NCBI GenBank assembly: GCA_965261085.1
Contig: OZ253442.1
Location: 3,040,001 to 3,104,000 of the forward strand
Length of the DNA: 64,000 nt
Origin: a bacterium
GTDB taxonomy: Bacteria > UBA8248
Direction: 5' to 3'
The position numbers and the translations under genes were made by a program. Every line of letters starts with the position of its first letter. Within the stretch, counting starts at the first letter, position 1. Under the pieces are notes generated by a model. That model did not search any database, was not told where the DNA came from, and saw only the letters and a list, made by a program, of their open reading frames with translations. This document shows positions 58,651-64,000 of the stretch, piece by piece.

Positions 58651-59478
58651 ATGCCTAAAAAAACGGGTTTTACAGCAATTTCACTTTCGGGAGCAATGAT
58701 ACTCACCGGGGTATTCCTGCTCCCATTTCTCGGTATCCCTCAAAACCATAACCCCGCATTCGCGCTCGCCTCCGAAACGTCAAAACCAAACCCCTCTCCC
58801 GCCCATACACTTGTGGCGCAAAACATCGACAAAACCCAAATCGAGAAAATCATCAGAGAATACCTCATCGAAAACCCGGAAGTGCTCGAGGAGGCTATCC
58901 AGGCCTTACAGGCAAAGCGACAAGCACAACGCCAAACTATGGCCCAGGCCTCTATTCGGAAAAACAGGAAACAAATCTATGAGGACCCCGGAGACCCCGT
59001 GGGCGGGAACCCCAACGGGGATGTGACGATTGTGGAGTTTTTCGATTACCGGTGCGGGTATTGCAAACGAGTGGCCCCCGTCGTGGAGGAAGCGCTCGCG
59101 AAAGACAAGAAAATCCGGATCGTCTACAAGGAATTTCCCGTGCTGGGCCCGAATTCCGTATTGGCGGCCCAGGCGGCGCTCGCCTCGCGCGCGCAGGGCA
59201 AATACATAGCTTTTCACAAGGCCCTCATCAAGGCCAAAATCTCTTATGATGAAGAGAGCATCATGAAAATCGCGACCGCCGTGGGCATCGACACGGCCCG
59301 CCTGAAAAAAGACATGCGGGCGCCTCGCATCCAGACCCAGATAGCCAAGAACCGCACCCTGGCGCGTTCCCTGAGTATACGCGGCACACCCGCCTTCATC
59401 GTCGGGAAACAAATCTTCCCGGGTGCGCTCACGCCGGCCCAGCTTGCCCACATGATTCAAGCGGCGAGAAAGAACTAA
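58651..59478 (+). CDS. DsbA-family (ScsC/Com1-like) periplasmic thiol oxidoreductase
   Basis: Signal peptide, EYL.ENPEVL, EFFDYRCGYCK, KEFPVLG, GTPAF. Confidence 0.9.
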   Translation: MPKKTGFTAISLSGAMILTGVFLLPFLGIPQNHNPAFALASETSKPNPSPAHTLVAQNIDKTQIEKIIREYLIENPEVLEEAIQALQAKRQAQRQTMAQASIRKNRKQIYEDPGDPVGGNPNGDVTIVEFFDYRCGYCKRVAPVVEEALAKDKKIRIVYKEFPVLGPNSVLAAQAALASRAQGKYIAFHKALIKAKISYDEESIMKIATAVGIDTARLKKDMRAPRIQTQIAKNRTLARSLSIRGTPAFIVGKQIFPGALTPAQLAHMIQAARKN

Positions 59479-59482
59479 AACG

Positions 59483-59517
59483 AAAAAAAGCCCCGGAGAT
59501 AACTCTCCGGGGCTTTT
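59483..59517. terminator. Bidirectional intrinsic terminator
   Basis: A7-GCCCCGGAG..CTCCGGGGC-TTTT. Confidence 0.88.
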
Positions 59518-59532
59518 AAACCACTCTAAAAT

Positions 59533-59985
59533 TCAGTCTACCGTCACCGAGCCCATCAACATTCTGCGGTAATCCCACCATTTCCACTTTTTGGGCGCCA
59601 TCGTGATGCGCACGCGTATTTTCTGCGCGATGGGCGTTTTCACGTAATTCGCCCACATATCGGGCCCGAAGAAATGATCCACCACGCTTTTCAACCCCTC
59701 GTGGTCGGTTCCCATCACCTCGGAGATCTGCGCCACCCCCTCCACGACAACGGCGCGAAATGGAGCATTCTCATCATCAATGCAAATGGAAAACGCCGGG
59801 TTTCGTTTCAAATTCCTCACCGAAACGGAATCCTCTCCCGTGCTGATGAAAAAACTCGCATCCTCGGGATTGAACAAATACAAAAGCGGAATGACGTGCG
59901 GCGAACCATCCGCATTCGTGGTGGCGATTCTCGCCATGTGGGGTTCTTGTAAAAATTCATCCATCTCTGTCGGGCGCTCGGCCAT
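59533..59985 (-). CDS. Pyridoxamine 5'-phosphate oxidase-like (split barrel flavin/F420-binding) protein
   Basis: ARIATT..DGSPHV.P, RNL.RNP, V.VEG.A. Confidence 0.85.
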   Translation of the reverse strand: MAERPTEMDEFLQEPHMARIATTNADGSPHVIPLLYLFNPEDASFFISTGEDSVSVRNLKRNPAFSICIDDENAPFRAVVVEGVAQISEVMGTDHEGLKSVVDHFFGPDMWANYVKTPIAQKIRVRITMAPKKWKWWDYRRMLMGSVTVD

Positions 59986-60124
59986 TTTCCATCTCCTCTC
60001 AAAAAGTCATAATGCTATAAATAATGTGCATCTCACCGTTATTTCTGAAATATCCTTATCTTTTCCATCACAAAGCCAACGCTCCGTCTGTCTGGAAAAT
60101 AGCCCTAAATGATAACGGAGTCAT

Positions 60125-62737
60125 CTACCCTTTCACAATAAGGTTCACTAGACGACCGGGCACGACGATGTGTTTCACAATCTGTTTGTCGCCTATGTAG
60201 CCGGCCGTGACGGCTTCCGCTTTTTCTTTGAGTTCATCCTCCGGCGCATCCGGCAGCGCCATAAACGTACGCCTCGTCTTTCCATTCACCTGTACGGCGA
60301 ATTCTTTCTCCTCGGCGGCGATAGCCGCCTCGTCCACCTCCGGCCACGCCTCCCGAAAGAGACTCACCTCTCCCGCGCCCCCGCCGAGAGCCTGCCAGAG
60401 TTCCTCCGCCACATGGGGCGCCATGGGCGCCATACAGCAAAGCAGAATCTCGGCCGCCTCGCGCTGCGCCGCATTCTCGGCCCCAGCCTCCGCGCGAAGA
60501 GACGTGGCCAGTTCCATGACGCGAGCCACCGCCGTGTTGAAAGAAAAGGAATTTTCATAAACTTCCGTCACCGCCTTCAAGGTGGCATGGGCATCGCGTC
60601 TTAATTTTCTTCCTGATGCGGACAACCCACTCCCGTCTCCAGAATAGGATTCCGATTCGCGCCAATCATCGAGCCGCTCCGCAAACGTGACCCAAAGCCT
60701 TTGCAAAAATCGGTGCACGCCGATCAGGCCGTCATCGCGCCATTCCTTGGAGCGCTCGGGAGGACCGATGAACAACGTATACAGCCGTCCCGCATCCGCC
60801 CCGTATTTTCCCGTGCATTCTTCAATCGAGACCCCGTTCATCTTCGATTTGCTCATTGAGGCCATCTCGGCGAACACCTTTTGACCGGCCTCATAGCCGC
60901 TGCCGCTGGGTCCATCCGCCGTAACGACCAGAGATTCTTCATTCACGTCCTGATAAGGCACCCAGACGCGACCGCGCGCCTCGGCTACGTGATAGGCCAT
61001 CCGGCACACCATCCCCTGGGTGAAGAGGTTTTCAAACGGCTCCTCAAAAGAAACGAGCCCGAGATCGTAAAGCACCTTGGTGAAAAACCGCGAGTACAGC
61101 AGGTGCATGACGGCATGTTCGGCGCCCCCGATGTACTGTGTCACGGGCAGCCAGCGGTTCACGTTTTTCGACTGGAATACGGCGCCATCGTCTCGCGGAC
61201 TCACATACCGCATGTAATACCAGGACGAATCCACAAAAGTGTCCATCGTGTCAGTCTCACGGCGGGCGGGCCTGCCCGTTTTCGGGCTGATGACGTTCAC
61301 GAAATCTTCACTCTGACTCAGTGGATTCCCCCCCCGGCCCGTGAATTCGACATCGCGCGGGTGCATTACTGGTAGATGTTCGTCCGGCACCGGGGTGATG
61401 CTCCCGTCTTTTTCATAAATAACGGGAATCGGCACCCCCCAATAGCGCTGACGTGAGATGAGCCAATCTCTCAGCCGCCAGTTGATGGTCTTATCGCCAA
61501 GACCCTTTTCCGCGAAATAATCGATCATCTTGGGATACGCTTCGCGGTTCGGCTGCCCGTCAAAAGGACCGGAATTCTCCATTACACCATCTTCGATGTA
61601 TGCCTCCTCCATCGTGGCCCCATCGAGCCCACCTTCGGGATGCTGGATGACCACTTTGACGGGGATGCCGTATTTTCTCGCGAAAAGAAAATCACGCTGA
61701 TCGTGCGCGGGCACGCCCATGACGATGCCTGTGCCGTATTCCATCAGCGCGTAATCGGCCACCAGCAGGGGTACGCGCTCTCCATTGACGGGGTTGATGA
61801 TGAAATGCCCCGTGTCGACGCCCGTCTTCTCACTCTCCTCACTCATACGCTCCGCGGCGCTTTGGGCCTGCATGGCGTCTACGGCCTCGCGGATGGAATC
61901 CGCCCGGGAATTCCCCTCGATCAATTGATCGATAAGGGGATGCTCTGGCGCACAGACCATGAAGGTGACGCCATAGACGGTATCCGGCCTGGTGGTGAAT
62001 ACAGAGAGCGTCTCGCCGGTCGTTTCGAGTTTGAAGTCGATTCGCGCCCCCTCGCTGCGTCCCAGCCAGTTTCTTTGTTGTTGCTTGACGTGTTCGGGCC
62101 AACCAGTGAGACCATCCAAATCGTCGAGCAGGCGCTGTGCATAATCGGTAATTTTCAAGAACCACTGGCTGAGCCAGCGTTTTTCCACCTTGGCGCCGCT
62201 GCGCCAGGCAATACCATCGTGAATCTGCTCGTTCGCAAGAACGGTGTTGTCCACCGGGTCCCAATTGACGAGGGCCTCGCGCTTGTAGGCCAAACCGGCT
62301 TCGAGCATTTTGAGGAAAATCCACTGCGTCCATTTGTAATAACCTGGATGCGCTGTGGAAATCTCGCGCGGCCAGTCATACGCGAGACCCGCCATACGGA
62401 GTTGACGCCTCATGTTGTCGATATTTTTTTTCGTCCAGGCGGCGGGATGGACACCCGCATTGATGGCGGCATTCTCCGCAGGCAGGCCCAGGGCATCCCA
62501 GCCCATCGGGTGTAAGACCTCGAAACCACGCATCTTTCGGTAGCGACTGATGGAGTCGCCCATCGTGTAGTTGCAGGCGTGGCCCATGTGCAGATCGCCA
62601 GATGGGTAGGGGAACATCATCAAGGAATAGTAGGTTGGCTTACCGCCGGGATGATCGGAGGTCTCGAATATCTTCTCCTCCGCCCAAAGATTCTGCCATT
62701 TTTCCTCATAATACGATGGACTATATTCGCCGAGCAT
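60125..62737 (-). CDS. leuS: Leucine--tRNA ligase
   Basis: MFPYPSG.LHMGH, FTTRPDT, DWLISRQRYWG, SMSKS. Confidence 0.97.
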   Translation of the reverse strand: MLGEYSPSYYEEKWQNLWAEEKIFETSDHPGGKPTYYSLMMFPYPSGDLHMGHACNYTMGDSISRYRKMRGFEVLHPMGWDALGLPAENAAINAGVHPAAWTKKNIDNMRRQLRMAGLAYDWPREISTAHPGYYKWTQWIFLKMLEAGLAYKREALVNWDPVDNTVLANEQIHDGIAWRSGAKVEKRWLSQWFLKITDYAQRLLDDLDGLTGWPEHVKQQQRNWLGRSEGARIDFKLETTGETLSVFTTRPDTVYGVTFMVCAPEHPLIDQLIEGNSRADSIREAVDAMQAQSAAERMSEESEKTGVDTGHFIINPVNGERVPLLVADYALMEYGTGIVMGVPAHDQRDFLFARKYGIPVKVVIQHPEGGLDGATMEEAYIEDGVMENSGPFDGQPNREAYPKMIDYFAEKGLGDKTINWRLRDWLISRQRYWGVPIPVIYEKDGSITPVPDEHLPVMHPRDVEFTGRGGNPLSQSEDFVNVISPKTGRPARRETDTMDTFVDSSWYYMRYVSPRDDGAVFQSKNVNRWLPVTQYIGGAEHAVMHLLYSRFFTKVLYDLGLVSFEEPFENLFTQGMVCRMAYHVAEARGRVWVPYQDVNEESLVVTADGPSGSGYEAGQKVFAEMASMSKSKMNGVSIEECTGKYGADAGRLYTLFIGPPERSKEWRDDGLIGVHRFLQRLWVTFAERLDDWRESESYSGDGSGLSASGRKLRRDAHATLKAVTEVYENSFSFNTAVARVMELATSLRAEAGAENAAQREAAEILLCCMAPMAPHVAEELWQALGGGAGEVSLFREAWPEVDEAAIAAEEKEFAVQVNGKTRRTFMALPDAPEDELKEKAEAVTAGYIGDKQIVKHIVVPGRLVNLIVKG

Positions 62738-62814
62738 GAATTTCCTCAATTTTTCGATATTCGTCTCTAAAATCTCCAGGCACGCGCTCCGCCTGCCTCA
62801 AATATTTCCTTTTC

Positions 62815-63246
62815 TCACAGGTGTGGCCCCTCCCCGATGGGCGCGGCCTCCTCTTTTAGCTTCTCGATAATTTCAGGCGGAATGCGTCCAGGTCTTCCGT
62901 GCGCATCGGTTCTTGCATGAAGCGTATAGCCTCTCACTAAAATACGCCTTTCCTGCTCCACCAAATAATCAATCCGGACGCGGACGCCCTCGGGCTCTCT
63001 GAACCAGCCGGTGACTTTCACCTCACCATCATACTTAGCACCTTCCTTATACCGGCAATGGCTCTCAACGACGGGAAAAAAAATCCCGCGATCTTCCAGT
63101 TCCCCGTATGGAAATCCGATTTTGCGAAAATACTCGGTTCTAAGCTGCTCGAACCATACATAATAGACCGAGTGGTGCACCACGCCCATCTGGTCGGTTT
63201 CGACATACCTTACACGAAAATCGATGGACAGAGCCAAGCCGGACAA
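62815..63246 (-). CDS. YbgC/FadM family acyl-CoA thioesterase
   Basis: VRY.ETDQMGVVHHS.Y..WFE..R. Confidence 0.9.
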   Translation of the reverse strand: MSGLALSIDFRVRYVETDQMGVVHHSVYYVWFEQLRTEYFRKIGFPYGELEDRGIFFPVVESHCRYKEGAKYDGEVKVTGWFREPEGVRVRIDYLVEQERRILVRGYTLHARTDAHGRPGRIPPEIIEKLKEEAAPIGEGPHL

Positions 63247-63258
63247 ACCTATGGTTGG

Positions 63259-64000
63259 TTATGAAAAAAGAAACAAACGGGCGATGTTGAAGTAGATCCA
63301 AAGCCCCAGGACATCGACTCCAGTCGTGACGAAAGGCCCCGTCGCCACGGCTGGGTCCACCCGGAAACGGTGAAGTACGAGCGGCAAAAACGATGCCAGA
63401 AGAGCAGAGAACATCATCACTACACAAATCGCGAGCCCCACGACGAAACCCAGCCAGGCGACGGAAGAGAATTGATACGTCGCCAACAATCCCAACAACA
63501 GGCCATAGCAAATGCCCAGAAGCGTCCCGACGGCCACCTCTTTCGAGATGACGCGAACCCATGATTTCGGATCGATGCGCCCGGTCGCCAAGCCACGCAC
63601 GACGATGGTCGCGCTTTGTGTGCCCACGTTGCCCGCCATGCCGATGATCACCGGCATGAAGGCGGCGAGAGCCACAATTTTGCTCAATTGGTCTGAATAT
63701 TGATGAATCAGTTGAGCGGCGAGAATACCGCCCAGCCAACTGAAAAACAGCCAGGGGAAACGAATCCATGCAAGACGCCTAGCGGAAAGCGATGTCACCT
63801 CATCCTGATAGGAATGCGTTCCCGCCATCTTCAAGATGTCCTCGGTCGCTTCTTCTCTGATTACGTCGAGCACGTCATCCACCGTGATGATCCCGACCAG
63901 AACATTGTCGTCATCCACGACTGGGATGGCCAGAATGTTGTATCGCGAGACAACACGTGCGATGTGCTCCTGGTCGGCATGCACGCTTTCGCTCCAGACA
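63259..64000 (-). CDS. mgtE: Magnesium transporter MgtE (5' part outside the window)
   Basis: CBS IPVVD..LVGIITVDD, EATED, GMAGNVGTQ, DPAVATGPFVTT..D. Confidence 0.93.
   Translation of the reverse strand, partial: VWSESVHADQEHIARVVSRYNILAIPVVDDDNVLVGIITVDDVLDVIREEATEDILKMAGTHSYQDEVTSLSARRLAWIRFPWLFFSWLGGILAAQLIHQYSDQLSKIVALAAFMPVIIGMAGNVGTQSATIVVRGLATGRIDPKSWVRVISKEVAVGTLLGICYGLLLGLLATYQFSSVAWLGFVVGLAICVVMMFSALLASFLPLVLHRFRVDPAVATGPFVTTGVDVLGLWIYFNIARLFLFS

Noticed and set aside
60847-60861. LeuRS KMSKS appears as SMSKS
   Set aside because: Variation at the first position is common and the catalytic second Lys is retained.

Overview
A GC-rich, densely coding bacterial chromosomal segment. 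Housekeeping genes (mnmA, leuA, rsmD, pepA, mqnD, leuS, mgtE, glcDEF, a 2-oxoacid dehydrogenase E1a/E1b/E2 set) are interleaved with many orphan catabolic enzymes: four MmgE/PrpD proteins, PrpB- and CitE-like lyases, SDRs, cupins, VOC proteins, amidohydrolases and MFS transporters. The gene mix is reminiscent of uncultured marine or sponge-associated heterotrophs, but that is inference only. No rRNA, tRNA, cas genes or intact transposase were seen. The ORF track misses several signals. (1) A deiodinase-like protein is split by an in-frame UGA (FGAIT-U-PPF), with a SECIS-like hairpin 11 nt downstream. (2) A non-coding ~46-bp degenerate tandem array with an AT-rich inverted-repeat 'leader' lies upstream of mnmA. 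(3) A DARS-like DnaA-box triad with an IHF-like site sits at ~12.95-13.1 kb. (4) A complete promoter-RBS-31-codon ORF-terminator unit lies at 23.85-24.1 kb. (5) An inverted REP pair brackets nested palindromic elements and a decayed ABC/AAA-ATPase + PIN gene pair. (6) A cyanuric-acid-hydrolase/barbiturase-family enzyme has non-canonical active-site motifs and lies in a putative heterocycle-degradation cluster. All family calls come from motif recognition by eye; no database searches were run.
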